Positions 12,892 to 25,876 of a stretch of DNA of 64,000 bases are shown here, piece after piece. The notes under the pieces were generated by a model that had not been told where the DNA came from, ran no database searches, and worked only from the letters and a program-made list of their open reading frames with translations. Source of the stretch: Tubulanus polymorphus. Taxonomy: Eukaryota > Animalia > Nemertea. The stretch spans positions 19,782,467 to 19,846,466 of the forward strand of contig NC_134026.1 in the NCBI RefSeq assembly GCF_964204645.1, given 5' to 3'. Position 1 is the stretch's first letter, and every line of letters begins with the position of its first letter. The position numbers were made by a program, and so were the translations under genes.

Positions 12892-13104
12892 CTGAAAGTA
12901 ATGTAGAAAAGTTACTTCTAATCAGGAAAGAATTTCAGAAAAGAACGAACTGAAGTTAGATAGCTTTCAATCAAGCTATCAAGTATGTGAAGCTCTATAC
13001 CGGGGTATTATTTTCATTTCATTTTTTTCATGAAAGACTGGACAAACTGAGGGCTGGGAACAGCTTTAAATTCAACCCTGTTAAATGAAAGGCAAATGGT
13101 ATAC

Positions 13105-13239
13105 CTGATTTTTCCATCGTTTTTCAAAGCCCAAAACTTCAGAGAATTTCCATCCTCTTCAAGTGATGACGTTATGAATTTGTTATCCGGTTTACGCATG
13201 CTCATCGGGTCAACGAAGCTAATTCCAGTGATGACTTTA
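13105..13239 (-). CDS. TEP1: TEP1-like WD40 exon
   Basis: RKVITGISFVDPMSMRKPDNKFITSSLEEDGNSLKFWALKNDGKI. Acceptor ggctcacag| and donor AG|gtatac. Confidence 0.7.
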
Positions 13240-14170
13240 CTGTGAGCCTAAATTTGAAGTACGGTATAACCTTGTTTGTTATTATGACAATTTACCAGAA
13301 ATCTGGTGAGAGTTTCATTTATAGATAACTAAGCACAAGTAAATCAACAACCAAAATCTTTTGCTTGAATGTTAATTTTTTTTCATTGTTTCATGCAACA
13401 ACCGCATGGTTAAGTAGCAGTACAAGCATCAAATCAGGCTACGAGAAAAAGCAATATCATTATAACCAGGATAGGTATACGTTACTACAGTAGCTACAAT
13501 GCGAATGATTTATACCCAGAATGAAGAACTGAATCTAAAAAGGGTTTAAAGGGCTTTTTGCTGCATATGACGAGCTGGGCTCTACATGAAAGTCGACATT
13601 TGATGTGTGTATGACGAGCTCAGCTCATCAATAAGTATTGTATAGCACTAGTCATCGCACATCCTTATGTACGCAAACCGGACAACTCAGTTCTGATTTC
13701 TTCTGAAAGATGGCAAAACTTTCGCTAGTTGTTTCGGGTGGTTGGCCAGCTGGTTGGCGCCAGGTCATGGGCTCATTGCATGTGCTATGCTATCGCATTC
13801 CAATGGTGGTCGGAATTTTGAAATAATATTTCTAGCTACTCTCATCGAGGAAACATCATGATAAATAAGGCTCAATAAAAAATAAATGGCTTTGTTTTAA
13901 TTCAAAGTGCTTTAATTTATTTACCTGGGGACCACGATTCGACCATTTATGCAGCGAAAGGGTTAATTAAGGCTTGAGTAATACATGACATGTACATATA
14001 CACACCTGTAGGGTACATTTAACATCGAATGTCATCAATCCTGTTGGACTCGTCACAGCTTCGGTATGAACCTTCAGTTGACCATCCCTTTATAATGAAT
14101 GAAATCAGATAACAAACTCTAAGAAAGTGCGACATAAGTTATTTTTTGAATTAAGAATTGATCAGCTCAC

Positions 14171-14388
14171 CGACTCCCGCTGATAACATATTGTCCATAA
14201 TCGAATGATTTGGCAATACTCGAAACTGCCGAATTGTGTACCGATATGTCACTGGCTCCAGATTTCAGATCAGGGGTCCAAATTCGCACGGTCCTGTCGA
14301 GGGAACTGGTCACAACTTTACCGGACCGATTAGTAGCAACTGCCATGACTCGATCAGAGTGTCCATTCATACAAGACAATTCATTTGG
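14171..14388 (-). CDS. TEP1: TEP1-like WD40 exon
   Basis: PNELSCMNGHSDRVMAVATNRSGKVVTSSLDRTVRIWTPDLKSGASDISVHNSAVSSIAKSFDYGQYVISGS. Acceptor cttttatttcag| and donor CG|gtgagc. Confidence 0.8.
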
Positions 14389-14884
14389 CTGAAATAAAAG
14401 TCCCATTCACATAAACCGGGTTCAAGTAATTCCAGCTTTAGCGAATGCGAGGGTTTTTTAATGCTAGACTTGGAGTATCCAATATAACCTCTTGGTTACA
14501 TGGCCTATATCGCTACTTAAAAGCAAGAATATTGTAAGTGCAAAACAACTGCTTCTAATTCAAAAATTCTTCAATAAATCAGCCTTTGCTTTTTGGTTAC
14601 TTTTAGTGCAATATTGACTGTATCCACAATATCCACAACCCTCTATATTGCCACATTTTAAACAATATTCAGATATCATTCCTTCGATGACCCACTTGCC
14701 AAAAATGCACTTAGATAATATGTCATGTTATGACAACTGCCACCACCGCAAGACCCATATGATGTACAGATTCCTAATTTCATTGAGGAGAATTTGAATT
14801 GTTGCTAATCTGTGAATTTTTTTTTCAAAAAACATAGGCTGAAAAAGAAATTTACATCACTATGAAAATCAAAATTCATCATAC

Positions 14885-15051
14885 CTGCAGAGGCTTCCAC
14901 AATTTAACTGTGCCGTCATCGGAACACGTAGCAACGATGACCGTTTCCACTTTCGATTGCGATTTTTCCGTTTTCACTTTTTTATGCTTTTCTTCCCATT
15001 CGAAACTTTCGACGATATTACCCCACAACTCGTTTCGATCATCGCGAACGT
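14885..15051 (-). CDS. TEP1: TEP1-like WD40 exon
   Basis: DVRDDRNELWGNIVESFEWEEKHKKVKTEKSQSKVETVIVATCSDDGTVKLWKPLQ. Acceptor cattccttcag| and donor CAG|gtatga. Confidence 0.75.
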
Positions 15052-15590
15052 CTGAAGGAATGGAAATTCATATGAAATACACGAGAATGCGAATCATTCG
15101 AATATACGTACAATTGATAACTGATATCAATCTGTGGCAATTCGTTTTTTAAAACTAACTACTCAATCAACGTGATTCTGTTATATAAGAATCCTTTATT
15201 TTAACAAACAGGCTATAACCATACTGCTATAAACGAACTACACCGGCTAGATTTACGACTCTACTACGACAGTATACATATCATTAAAATTAGGGATATA
15301 AATAAAGTGGGAAGATGTTGCACTAGCAATATGCTGGCCCGGGGTTCAAATACTGCTCTAATCCCCCCTTCAATACCAAAAAAATCCTTTGAATTCAATT
15401 TATTCCTCAGACTTTAAAAAAAGACATCTTTCTAGTGTCGTGTTCCAGCTCTGACTTCCCGTAAAATATCATGCAAAATCCACTCCCTCGTGACATTTTA
15501 GGACGTCAGAGCTACAAACTCTGATATCACGTGCAAGACCTCTATGGCGGCAGAGCTTCGACGTACAAGTTAGATAGTATAAATGTCTAC

Positions 15591-15729
15591 CTGGTTTTTG
15601 GTCAAGTTTGACGTGCATATCGCATCCGTTGACTCTCTGCGTGTGTCCATACAGCGTCGTAATAGCTGTTCCTTTATGTGACCATATCTTAACCGAACCG
15701 TCGAAGCATCCCGATACAACGCAACCGTG
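15591..15729 (-). CDS. TEP1: TEP1-like WD40 exon
   Basis: HGCVVSGCFDGSVKIWSHKGTAITTLYGHTQRVNGCDMHVKLDQKP. Acceptor cacatttcag| and donor G|gtagac. Confidence 0.8.
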
Positions 15730-16319
15730 CTGAAATGTGTAAAACATTCACTTCACATAATATAGTATGACATGGAACAAAGTTTTACAGAGCGACCGGC
15801 AATCAAGAATTTATAATTGTTGAGATAATTACCATTGGTGAATAATCTGAATTTTGATGTTTTTTGTTTTGCTTAGGTGCCATAAGGTATGGTTAAAACC
15901 TTGGAGTTGCGTTAGCTATTACTCGACTGAGTAAACCCCACAGTTGCCGGTTCAAGGTTTGAATTTAGAGTTCAAACTAGTTCATTTACAACCGAGTCCA
16001 AAACTGGTCTTAAATCTAAAAACTGTCTTTAAGTTGTTAGATTAGTTATGGAACTAAGATGGTCTTAGACTGGTCTCAGATCTAAGCCATGACTATGCAA
16101 CTGGGCCCTGGGTTTAAGCATTAAGTTAAAACTACAGGTTAGATCCAGTCTCTCAAAAAATAAATGCCAGACAAGTATACCGAATCATAGTTCAGCTATA
16201 CACATGATGTATACACATACAATATTCATGATGTATGTAAGATGAAGCATTCATAACTCAAAATTCCAGTCATTACACGGTATTACAGGTATGATAGGTA
16301 TCAGGACAACTAGACTGAC

Positions 16320-16427
16320 CTTATAAGCTACAGAGTTGATAGCGGACATGTGTCCGACCATTTTCACTTTTTCCTTCTGGTTCTTCAAATCCCAGACTTT
16401 AATGGTGAAATCATTGGAGCCAGTCGC
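16320..16427 (-). CDS. TEP1: TEP1-like WD40 exon
   Basis: ATGSNDFTIKVWDLKNQKEKVKMVGHMSAINSVAYK. Acceptor ttttttgcacttgtag| and donor AAG|gtcagt. Confidence 0.8.
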
Positions 16428-16517
16428 CTACAAGTGCAAAAAATTACAACTTAATGTTTAGTATAGATCAATCGCATTGGGTGAAAGAATTTGAGAATCA
16501 TTCCGTTTGATACAAAC

Positions 16518-16625
16518 CACAAAATCAGCATCGTCAGAACAGGCGCAACTGTTGATCCAATCAGAATGGCAAGAGTCGATTGTATTCTGAAGGCACCCAG
16601 TCGCGATATTCCAAATTTTCAATGA
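16518..16625 (-). CDS. TEP1: TEP1-like WD40 exon
   Basis: SLKIWNIATGCLQNTIDSCHSDWINSCACSDDADFV. Acceptor aaatttttatag| and donor GTG|gtttgt. Confidence 0.75.
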
Positions 16626-17376
16626 CTATAAAAATTTGAGAAAAAATTGAAATAGAAAAATAAAAGATGTAATACGTAGGCCAAGTTAGTCAAAATTATG
16701 TTATAATAACAATGTTCAAATTCACGAAATTTCACAAAATGCAGGCGATCTTCTCTGATTCAACTTGAGAAAAAGAAGACTGGCAATCGTTCGAATCATC
16801 ACAGAACCGGTAAGACCTCAATGAATTATGTACTCCCAAAAGGAAGCAAAATATCGCAGAAAAGAAAGTCTCACAAATTAATAAACTGAATAGGCCTAGA
16901 CCATCTTGGTCATATGGTAACTAGAATTCTTTAAATATATTAGTAACAGAACAATACTTTTGAATGTGATCCATTTTGAATATTCAAACTAATATCTTTA
17001 CATAACAACTGTTCCAATAACATGCAACGTACTATTTTCGATTTTTCAGGCATATTTAACTGATTTTCATTTTGTCATTGGCATACAATGTCACTGTCCA
17101 GCCTACTGCTGCAACTGCGTGAATGATACTTGTGGATGAACAAAGCTCAAATATAGTAGGATCCCCTTATTTAGAGAACTTGGAGAATTCAATTGATGTC
17201 CCCAAAAATGCTCAAATTGCATCCAAAGGCCGTAAAAGTTCTAAATCATCCGGGGGCGAACATCACACTCTCCTCCATGGAGCCGTGATACTAAACTTAG
17301 TAGGACTTAAGAACTGAGGCTGGATCCACCCCTGCTTGTTTATGCACCCCATGAACGTTTATGTACATGTACTTAC

Positions 17377-17494
17377 CATATCTCTGCTTGATGTGACAAT
17401 AGATGAACCATCAGACGACATGCTGATACCGGTAATACGACCTTCATGACCTCTCAGGGTCACAGATAAATTCAGTGCGACCTCATCAGAGTCA
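17377..17494 (-). CDS. TEP1: TEP1-like WD40 exon
   Basis: SDSDEVALNLSVTLRGHEGRITGISMSSDGSSIVTSSRDM. Acceptor cattgtag| and donor ATG|gtaagt. Confidence 0.75.
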
Positions 17495-18000
17495 CTACAA
17501 TGAAAAACCGTCAGTACTAACTACGATAATCAAAAAAACAACTTCATCAATCCAAATCTTAAAACAATAAGTCACAGTTATACGTAAATATACTGGACTG
17601 CCAGCTGACATGTCCACGGACTATTAAGAGTAGATCAAATTGAAATTTCAAGATTTGCTATTACCGGGTTATCTTGCGGCATTGATTTCACTCGTGACTG
17701 TATTCATCCCCTTATCAATACCTCATATTCATTCCAAAAAGTTCATATTCCGGGGTCATATTCCAGCAAAGATACCGGTAAGAATTGGATCATTAACATT
17801 TGGATCCTAAGTAACTAAGCAAAGATTGCAACCAAACTGATACCTAGTAATTGTTAGAATTCCGGGTATTGCTACATAAGAAGTTTTCCCGACAGTCTTT
17901 TGGTTATGTTACTCATTACTTCGGACAAAATTTCTAGCTTTCGCAAGTCAACAGGTTAATTGATAAATTAGAGAAAATATTAGAGTAAATAAGTACTCAC

Positions 18001-18158
18001 CTGAACAGCTCATCAAAGCCTGACTGTATGTAGACAATAGCCGTACAGTCATCAGAACCAGTGATTACATAAATATCATCGACATACATACAAGTGACTG
18101 CCTTATCATGGTCCCTTCTTTTGCAGATTGTTTCATTCGTGTTCGATAGTTGCATCAC
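18001..18158 (-). CDS. TEP1: TEP1-like WD40 exon
   Basis: VMQLSNTNETICKRRDHDKAVTCMYVDDIYVITGSDDCTAIVYIQSGFDELF. Acceptor ttgtag| and donor AG|gtgagt. Confidence 0.75.
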
Positions 18159-19065
18159 CTACAATTAACTCTAAGTTATAATCAGTTGGTTTCCGATGTT
18201 ATTTCTGACCCTACAGTGAAATCTTCATCGAAAACGTTAGAACTGGATCATGGGTATTGATATTAAATGTATCTAAATGTGACAACAATGTAATTATAAA
18301 TTCATCTAGAAAGACACTCATGGACAGTAAGTAGCCTGATGTTGTAATACACCTCGATAAAGGAGGTACACCTTAAGCACAGGATCAAGTTCTATAGTTC
18401 TTTGTTAAGATTTGACCTGGAGAAGACTGTCAAAGCAATGATAATGAGCTAACAGTAATAAAACTTAAGTCAACCTTAACGGCTGACTGGGAAACCGGGT
18501 CCTGGTCCGAATAATCTTTGCTTCACCAGGCACCACCAGTTAGTTTTATGGGCAAGGTTTAAATTAAACCCTCGGTTTAGCCCTCAACTATCAGGCAATT
18601 CAGTTACACCAGTATACGGTGTTCTTCATATGCTAGAATTTTAAAGGGGCTGCATTCATTGTTAAGTGTAAGACATCGTTGCTACTGAAGAAGCAAGGCT
18701 TTCGATCCCCCAAAAATACAGGAAATCAAGCTTAATTTTGGTGTAATCTTCTATTTTTCACATTAGCTAAAATATATTTTGAAGGAATCATCAGCATTGA
18801 TAGAATATTGACATCCACTCTGGTAGGGGCAACAGATATTCTATAAGGAATGGATGATTAGCAAAAGGGGTAAGATGTAAAAATGAAAGCGGAGGCTGCC
18901 CATCTTAAACCTGTTGTAGAGAACACTGGTATACCCATTAAGTTTGAACTGGTCTATATGTTAGCGGTAAAATAAGGTTATATATAACACATTTATTACC
19001 ATAACATATATCATTATAACACATGTAATAAACCAGCGCAAGTGTTTTCAGGTAACGGTACTCAC

Positions 19066-19196
19066 GTTAATCCAACCATCGTCACCACCCGAGAACATGC
19101 AATATCTAGCGTGAAGCTCGTATTTGTGAATCGAAATACAATTCACTCTCGATTCGTGAATCTTCGACTCAAACATCAGGTCACAGTTGTTTAGAT
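19066..19196 (-). CDS. TEP1: TEP1-like WD40 exon
   Basis: DLNNCDLMFESKIHESRVNCISIHKYELHARYCMFSGGDDGWIN. Acceptor catttag| and donor AAC|gtgagt. Confidence 0.7.
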
Positions 19197-19325
19197 CTAA
19201 ATGCATAGGAAAAGACATACAAAATAAACTATTTATTGTGGGGAAAAACTAACAGTTGATATAAACAGTGGCGAATCCAAGGGGGCCTAAGTCCCCTATT
19301 TTTGCCAAGAAAATATTTTCAAAAC

Positions 19326-19447
19326 CCGGGCTCAGTTGCTCAAAGTAGGTGAGATCTAACCAGTGGATAGTGACATAAAGTTCATTGTTACTATGGTATC
19401 TATTTTCCAGTTATATTTAACCAACTTTTGAGCAACTGGCCCCTGGC
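19326..19447. mobile_element. 122-bp MITE (family E) in a TEP1 intron
   Basis: Terminal inverted repeats ccgggctcagttgctcaaagtaggt / aaccaacttttgagcaactggcccctgg. Related copies sit at 42482..42612 and 47757..47795. Confidence 0.6.
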
Positions 19448-19749
19448 TTAAGAAAGTTACACATACAGTGGCAAATCATTGCCGGTCATTTTGTTCTAGA
19501 CTCACTCTAGATGCTCAGAAAATGATCCCTTTTTCAAAATTTTCTTGTTAGCCCCAAAACCCCTTTAAGGACATTACATCGATGGCGCTCACATTCATGT
19601 GCAAGTACATGTACACAACTAGGCCTCAGATCTTTAGACGGCAACCTATTCAAAATTCCTGGATCAGCCCTAGATAAATGTGGCACCTTTGAAAAGGAAT
19701 ACAGTCATCCCCACACGAAAATAGTACCAACATAGCAATAGGTATTTAC

Positions 19750-20002
19750 CTTCAATGGACCAAGCCTGTACAAAACCTTCGTGATAACCAACTGCCATCG
19801 CCTCGCCATTATTCGCGAGTTTCACACAAGCTGCCGGACCAAAATCTTCGCGATCTTTCGCTTGCAATGTGTTCATCAATACACCAAGATTTCCCGACCA
19901 GACTTTCACTTTTTGGTCATCGCTGACGGTTACTAATTCCCTGCCGGTGTTCGAGAATGTAAGTGAATTGATTGCCAATGCGTGTCCCGATATCGTCGCA
20001 AT
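19750..20002 (-). CDS. TEP1: TEP1-like WD40 exon (two repeats)
   Basis: IATISGHALAINSLTFSNTGRELVTVSDDQKVKVWSGNLGVLMNTLQAKDREDFGPAACVKLANNGEAMAVGYHEGFVQAWSIE. Acceptor atctag| and donor G|gtaaat. Confidence 0.8.
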
Positions 20003-20542
20003 CTAGATTGTACGGAAATCAAATACGATGTCAAATATTTTTTCTTCACTTTTACAGAGATCTTCATTTTCTTCACTTTTACAGGAAAAACTTTTATCCC
20101 TTTCAAAGGTGACACTTAAGGCTTGTTAAAAACTGTTCATATCTTTGAAATGCCATGAGAAATCTCACTTTTTGCGCAAAGTAGAGAATCTTAGTTAAAT
20201 CAAGTTTAGTCAAACTTGTTCGAATATACACGGCCGCCAATCTCTGAAAAGTGCTATCAGTAACAAATTGAATTCTTTTCTGCAACATTTCATTGAAATA
20301 TGAAAGTTCAGGCAGTAATTAACAGTAATTATCCAGTAATCAACAGTAAGACCCTCAGTAACATCGTTCATATTTCTGTACGTTAACAAATAAAATCAGT
20401 ATTTCTCATTTTAAATGAAATACTGAAAATCAAGAATAGTAAAGTTGGCAGCTCTGAATGAAGTCAAATATTGCACACAAAACAAAATTCTCCAAAAAAT
20501 CTCGTTCTTATATGACATGAAATTATGTTTTTTTCTTCTTAC

Positions 20543-20662
20543 CTGCGAACCATTGGTCGCTGACCAGAGTTTCACCTCGCCGTCAAGAGCTGCTGAAGCA
20601 ATGTGAATTCCATCAGGTGAATAAGACACGTGACGTACCGACGTCATGTGACCCCGCAGAAT
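20543..20662 (-). CDS. TEP1: TEP1-like WD40 exon
   Basis: ILRGHMTSVRHVSYSPDGIHIASAALDGEVKLWSATNGSQ. Acceptor cgatctag| and donor CAG|gtaaga. Confidence 0.8.
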
Positions 20663-20993
20663 CTAGATCGAAGTTTTGAAAAATATTTTGGTTAGCAAAT
20701 ACCCTCCTGCATTACTACTGTGTGCGCTAGCCAACCGTACAACATCGGATTTCTCTTCAGATGAAATTAAAAATCTTCACAAATTGTATCAGTTTCAAAT
20801 GAGAACTACCAAATATGAACCCAAATGATTGATCCTGAAGATGAATTTATGGATATGAAAGGCTTAAAGTAAGTCCTTCTGTCAGAGGCACACCAGGAAG
20901 GATAGCTTATCGCAAGGGGTCATTATTGACAAAATAATTGAGAAAATTGAAATTTATCTATAAATCACCGCACTCCTAGACCCACAAACTTAC

Positions 20994-21108
20994 TGCTTTT
21001 CGATTATTTCTCTTTTCGAAAATATTCCAGATTTTGATGGTTGCATCCCAGCCACCAGTGATTATTTCATCCTGCTGAGGATGGAAGGCCACACAGTTCA
21101 CAGGTCGG
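20994..21108 (-). CDS. TEP1: TEP1-like WD40 exon
   Basis: YRPVNCVAFHPQQDEIITGGWDATIKIWNIFEKRNNRKA. Acceptor aatttcag| and donor GCA|gtaagt. Confidence 0.75.
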
Positions 21109-21639
21109 CTGAAATTTCGAAAGAAAAGGGAAATACATAATAATGGAGGTGAAAAAGTTAGATCTAAATTTCTGCGAAGTGCAGAAACAGTGGTGTTAGT
21201 GTTATAAATCGACTAGCGTTATTTACTATTTGGTGCAGTTTTACAAAAAGAATTAACTCCTTATTCGATTGAGCATTAACTGAATTAACGAAGAAACTAA
21301 ATTGATTCGAGAAATACGTTAACCTTTCCGTGAAACTTGGGCCAGAGCAGAATAGCCCTATTTCCAAGTTCAGTACTGGGTATTATCTAAATTATTGCTT
21401 AGAATCTTTTTTCTAACATTTGAATTTCATTTCCATTAAATTGTGTACACAAATTTTCAATAAACTCACATTCGTCACAAAATGACATTACAGTGAGCTA
21501 TTGCTTAGAATCCCTGTGATATATTTTTGTGACAATTTTCTAGTAAACTTATTATAGAAAATTAACTATTATACTATCACTATTACCGTATCTTCTAAGA
21601 AACGATTTTACAGGGGAAACATATATAAGCTGTACTTAC

Positions 21640-21789
21640 TAATCAGTGATGTAGCTTGTCATAAGTTTACCATCTTTCCCGGACCAGATTTTGACTTTAC
21701 AATCCCAGCTAGCAGACGCGATTAGTTCTCCGGATCTATTACAAGCGCAAGACCTCACTTCACGATTGTGTCCTTTCATTATCGCGATT
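21640..21789 (-). CDS. TEP1: TEP1-like WD40 exon
   Basis: RIAIMKGHNREVRSCACNRSGELIASASWDCKVKIWSGKDGKLMTSYITD. Acceptor ttttcgtag| and donor TA|gtaagt. Confidence 0.8.
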
Positions 21790-22379
21790 CTACGAAAACA
21801 AGCGTAAATTCTGATGAAGGGCATTTGCAAACGATGCACAGTAAACCAGGCTTTGCTACAAAACTTGAAACTGCCAAGGTAAAACCCATAATCAAGCTAT
21901 TGGTAGTGGGAGTATTATGAAAGAATGCTAGAATGGTAAATTTCTAAACTAATGCAGTAGACTCTCAATAGAAATGGTTTTTTTTTTAAAGTTAACCATG
22001 GAAACTGAATGCCTATGCACAACTTTTTAATCTGACCAGGAGGTAAAAAAAGTCTATGTTCACAAGTAAAATCTTAACCCATTATGCGATTAAAAATAGG
22101 TCCTTAGGGATTCTGAATAACAGATAACCTTATGGGCCACCCCTAGATCAATGACATTTGCTAGATCCATGACTAGGTCCTTAGTCTTTCTTATCTCAAA
22201 CGCACTTATTCAAACTAGGGGTCCAGGGACACCATGCCCACTTGGGAAGTCGTTTCAAATGCTCAACAATCTAACAATTTCAATATATAACGCCCCCTGG
22301 CAACCATATACAAAAACCAATGACCTTGAAACCCACCACAATCATAAAGTCCCAAGTGGGCTTAAAGTGAAACACTGAC

Positions 22380-22504
22380 CTGTGGCCATCATTTACATTC
22401 CATAAGCTCAGTGTGTTATCGGCAGAAGCTGTACACAACCTGTCCGATCCAGCAAAACATATCGATGTTATCGCGTCAGAATGGCCAATGAATATTCTCA
22501 GTTC
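22380..22504 (-). CDS. TEP1: TEP1-like WD40 exon
   Basis: ELRIFIGHSDAITSICFAGSDRLCTASADNTLSLWNVNDGH. Acceptor tttacag| and donor AG|gtcagt. Confidence 0.8.
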
Positions 22505-22595
22505 CTGTAAATAAATCAGCAATAAACTCCTGTAACATTAAATAGCATTACATATGAATAGACCAATAAAATCATTGGAATCGCAGAACACTAAC

Positions 22596-22691
22596 CTTGC
22601 CGGTATCAATATCAAACATTTTCACAATATTGTTCTTCGTTCCGCAAACAAAGCTTTGGTTGTCGGGTGACATCGCCACGCAGGTCACAGG
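22596..22691 (-). CDS. TEP1: TEP1-like WD40 exon
   Basis: PVTCVAMSPDNQSFVCGTKNNIVKMFDIDTGK. Acceptor ttcttttag| and donor AAG|gttagt. Confidence 0.7.
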
Positions 22692-22753
22692 CTAAAAGAA
22701 AGTCATTGTCATGGTAATGACTGATGAATACTGGAAATGGATAGGTATTGCAC

Positions 22754-22810
22754 CTCTAAGGCTGTGACGGAAGTCTCAAATGTGCAACCGGCACCTGGAG
22801 ATCGGAATTG
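22754..22810 (-). CDS. TEP1: TEP1-like WD40 micro-exon (tentative)
   Basis: QFRSPGAGCTFETSVTALE. Acceptor ttattctag| and donor GAG|gtgcaa. A 62-bp intron separates it from the next exon. Confidence 0.4.
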
Positions 22811-23016
22811 CTAGAATAATTAAGTGTCGAGAAAGTTCGACATTGACTTCAATCTTATTTTAGTATGATATTGAGGAGAGCACAAGTATTCTTCTGCTTA
22901 TAAATTAACCAGCGAGCCTTCAAATATTCACGGCCTTAGCCTTTGAAATGCTTAAAAGCCTAAATCACGGATATAATAGGCTGCTGAAAGCATGTTGGAA
23001 ATGAAAGAAATATTAC

Positions 23017-23182
23017 CGTATTAAAGCCAGGTATTGTCATGGAGCATTGCGATTTTTGCATCGATTGGTTTTGCCAGAACATCATTGATTGACTTCTGCT
23101 TTTCGTCGCCATTTGTCCATCAACATACGGAGCACTGCCGGGTACGTCATTAGCCGCCTGCTGCGTTACCAAATTTGGAAAT
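23017..23182 (-). CDS. TEP1: TEP1-like linker exon before the WD40 region (tentative)
   Basis: FPNLVTQQAANDVPGSAPYVDGQMATKSRSQSMMFWQNQSMQKSQCSMTIPGFNT. Acceptor tgaatttcag| and donor ACG|gtaata. Confidence 0.45.
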
Positions 23183-23961
23183 CTGAAATTCATAAAGATG
23201 TTTAATTTGCATTCTCTTTCTGTACTTCCAATGATGGCCATTCTTGACTAAAACCATGCCCAACCAGAACAACCCACTGATATATTTGAATGCTGTATCA
23301 ACATTTTTGAAGCGACCTCTTTTAAATACAGGCATGGATATCAAAACATAGCTTCAAGCACTCATTTTGAAGACATTCGAACTGATAACTTTCTCGCTAC
23401 CATCATTTCAACTCGGTCTGAAGAATACGCACAGACCAAGTCACATCTACGAAGCTTAAGATGATTTACGATAAATGCCCCATTCTACATTTCATTGCGC
23501 ATAAATCATTTTATGGTACCAGGTAGCCATTAAGTCTTATCACATACCTTATGAAAATGTGCTGATTTTTTTTAAGGAATTCTCTGTATTCAACGATTCG
23601 TTGACTGTTCAGAAATTTCAGTCTTTCCCGACCAGTACCTTTGATTTCTAAAACAAACCATATTTATTCATAGGTTGAGTATTAATACAATGATAGTGAT
23701 GACACAGATGTTTTATTACAAACTGATTTAGGCACCTGGAACTTGAAAATCGTCGAGCAACTTGGTTATTTTTCCGTACTGGCATTTTCTACAGATGAAA
23801 ATGAGATCGCAAAGAGTTTCTCCCAGAGTTTTATAATCGCCACAACACGCCTTGAAAATCGGAGAAAAAACAATGCAAATACCGGTGAAGGGATCAAAGG
23901 CCCAATTTGACGAAAAGGATATAAATTCAATCGATTGAAGATAAACTAAGTTGATAATGGA

Positions 23962-24312
23962 ACAAGCCACAGGGGACAATGGTTCTCTGGCTCAGGCTCG
24001 AATTTCTCTCTGAATTCCCATGCGTTAGTTCCCCTTGCATTATTGATATGTTATATGCAGGGCCAATAGTTAAATTTTGTCAATACAATTTTTTGAATTT
24101 CAACCCATTTCTCAGTTATGAGGCCTTCTTCAAGGTAATGCCGCCGAAAAACAAGTTTTAATGTCAAGTTCTGTCGCTAGGTGGTGCACTGGGCCCATTC
24201 TTTGCACTGCACACAAGTAGACCCCCATCATAACATTGTATCCAAGTTACATCAAGATCGACCCACTATTAACAAAGCTAAGTCACTGAACGACAGAAAC
24301 ACAGACAGACAG
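23962..24312 (+). repeat. repeat family C copy in a TEP1 intron
   Basis: See 31853..32190. Ends ...acacagacagacag. Confidence 0.6.
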
Positions 24313-24427
24313 TAAGAATATAAGGGTCACATAACAGAAGCCTGAGAACCAATAAAATAGATTGAAGAGTTAAATACTTATTATGAAAGTGGGTGACTGA
24401 TCGAAGTGCTGATCGAAGAATAATTAC

Positions 24428-24493
24428 CAAATGGTACGGTAGTTCTTTGAACGCCCGTATGTTTTTTCCGCACCAAGGTACATCCATATTCCA
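24428..24493 (-). CDS. TEP1: TEP1-like small exon (tentative)
   Basis: VEYGCTLVRKKHTGVQRTTVPF. Acceptor cctgtcag| and donor G|gtaatt. Phase-consistent with the 24879 exon. Further exons between 23183 and 24427 are unresolved. Confidence 0.35.
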
Positions 24494-24878
24494 CTGACAG
24501 GCTTGCTGATAGAAATATCCTTATAAATAAATTTCAATACAAATACAATCATTTCAATACAAATACAATCAATGAATGCTTCAGCTCAAAAATGAATGCT
24601 TACAAAAAAGGTGCTTCTTATAATGTAAAATGAAGCTGAGCACGTGGTTACCATGGTTAACCCTTCCAGTGCTCACGAAAAATACCCTCAAGTGCTGGAG
24701 ATAATTTGAAAATATTCAAAAATTCCACCCCAGTACATTGAATTATAGGCACACCACTATGATGTGGTGTACTAGCAAAGTCAGTCACCAATTAATACAC
24801 CGCACTATGGCGTAGATGCACTGAAAGACTTAAAATAGCTTTGAAAATTACTGGATAGGAGGTATGCATTTTGAATAC

Positions 24879-25007
24879 CGGTAGCTATGCTTAATTCATT
24901 GATGATATCATTCAACAGACAATTTCTAAAGATGAGTTTGACTGATGCTCCTTTGCTGACGATCATGAGAAGTCTCGAACTTGCTTTCCACATAAAGTCG
25001 GATGAGG
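24879..25007 (-). CDS. TEP1: TEP1-like exon (tentative)
   Basis: ASSDFMWKASSRLLMIVSKGASVKLIFRNCLLNDIINELSIAT. Acceptor ttttaagataag| and donor G|gtattc. Open frame. Confidence 0.4.
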
Positions 25008-25044
25008 CTTATCTTAAAAGAAAAAGACAAGTTCCAGTGCGTAC

Positions 25045-25154
25045 CTGCGAGAATGGCGTGTAAGTGTAATTCCCGTCCAGACGAAAACCCTCTCAAATAA
25101 CGATGATGTACAGCTTCAATGATATCATTATGAGCAAGCGTAATTGGTCCATCC
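25045..25154 (-). CDS. TEP1: TEP1-like exon
   Basis: MDGPITLAHNDIIEAVHHRYLRGFSSGRELHLHAILA. Acceptor atttag| and donor G|gtacgc. Phase-consistent with the upstream exon. Confidence 0.55.
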
Positions 25155-25425
25155 CTAAATACACATCATTTAAATCAGTAAATAATTTTGCAGCATCAAC
25201 TAACATTTTCCACAATTTGAATTCAAATTTCAATTCTACAGCTGCAAATCAATTTTTCATTTTTCTTTCTCAACCTCGATGTGTTGATGTTTCTTTTTCT
25301 TATTTGAAGTATTTTCTTAAGGGAACCACAATTCGAGACTGTATTTCAAAATATGGATGGAAAATAACTCTTGAATCTATCTCAGCATTAATATCATCAG
25401 TCAGTGACGACCGGTATGAACTTAC

Positions 25426-25606
25426 ATGTTCGCAGTAGTTTCTCGTAGGAACGTACGTATAGACCGCAATAAACCGGCATATTTAGCTGGAGGAACAAGT
25501 TCGTCAGCGCTCAGTTTCATATTGATTACAGCTTGTACGGTGGCTGATGAACTCTTCAGTTGTAAACCGTAGCTCAGCGTCGCGTAAAGTTCTTCATCTA
25601 ACAAAC
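25426..25606 (-). CDS. TEP1: TEP1-like NACHT-associated exon
   Basis: GLLDEELYATLSYGLQLKSSSATVQAVINMKLSADELVPPAKYAGLLRSIRTFLRETTAN. Acceptor tttttgattcag| and donor AT|gtaagt. Confidence 0.7.
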
Positions 25607-25876
25607 CTGAATCAAAAATCATTATCAATCCGTCAATCTCTCAAGTACTCCAACCAATGCACTCAACAGACCACAATTAATAATATGAATGCATCTGAAA
25701 TATCTTGATCTCAGAACTGACTATTGTCATTCCTTTTAGGGTATAGTTTACAATAAAAATGTGAGTACATTGACATCAAAAATACGACCGATCGTTTAAT
25801 CGAAAACCAACAATCATAGATCAAATATTCTGCAAATAAGTTCGCTTATTCAAACAGTCAATGCACACACGCTTAC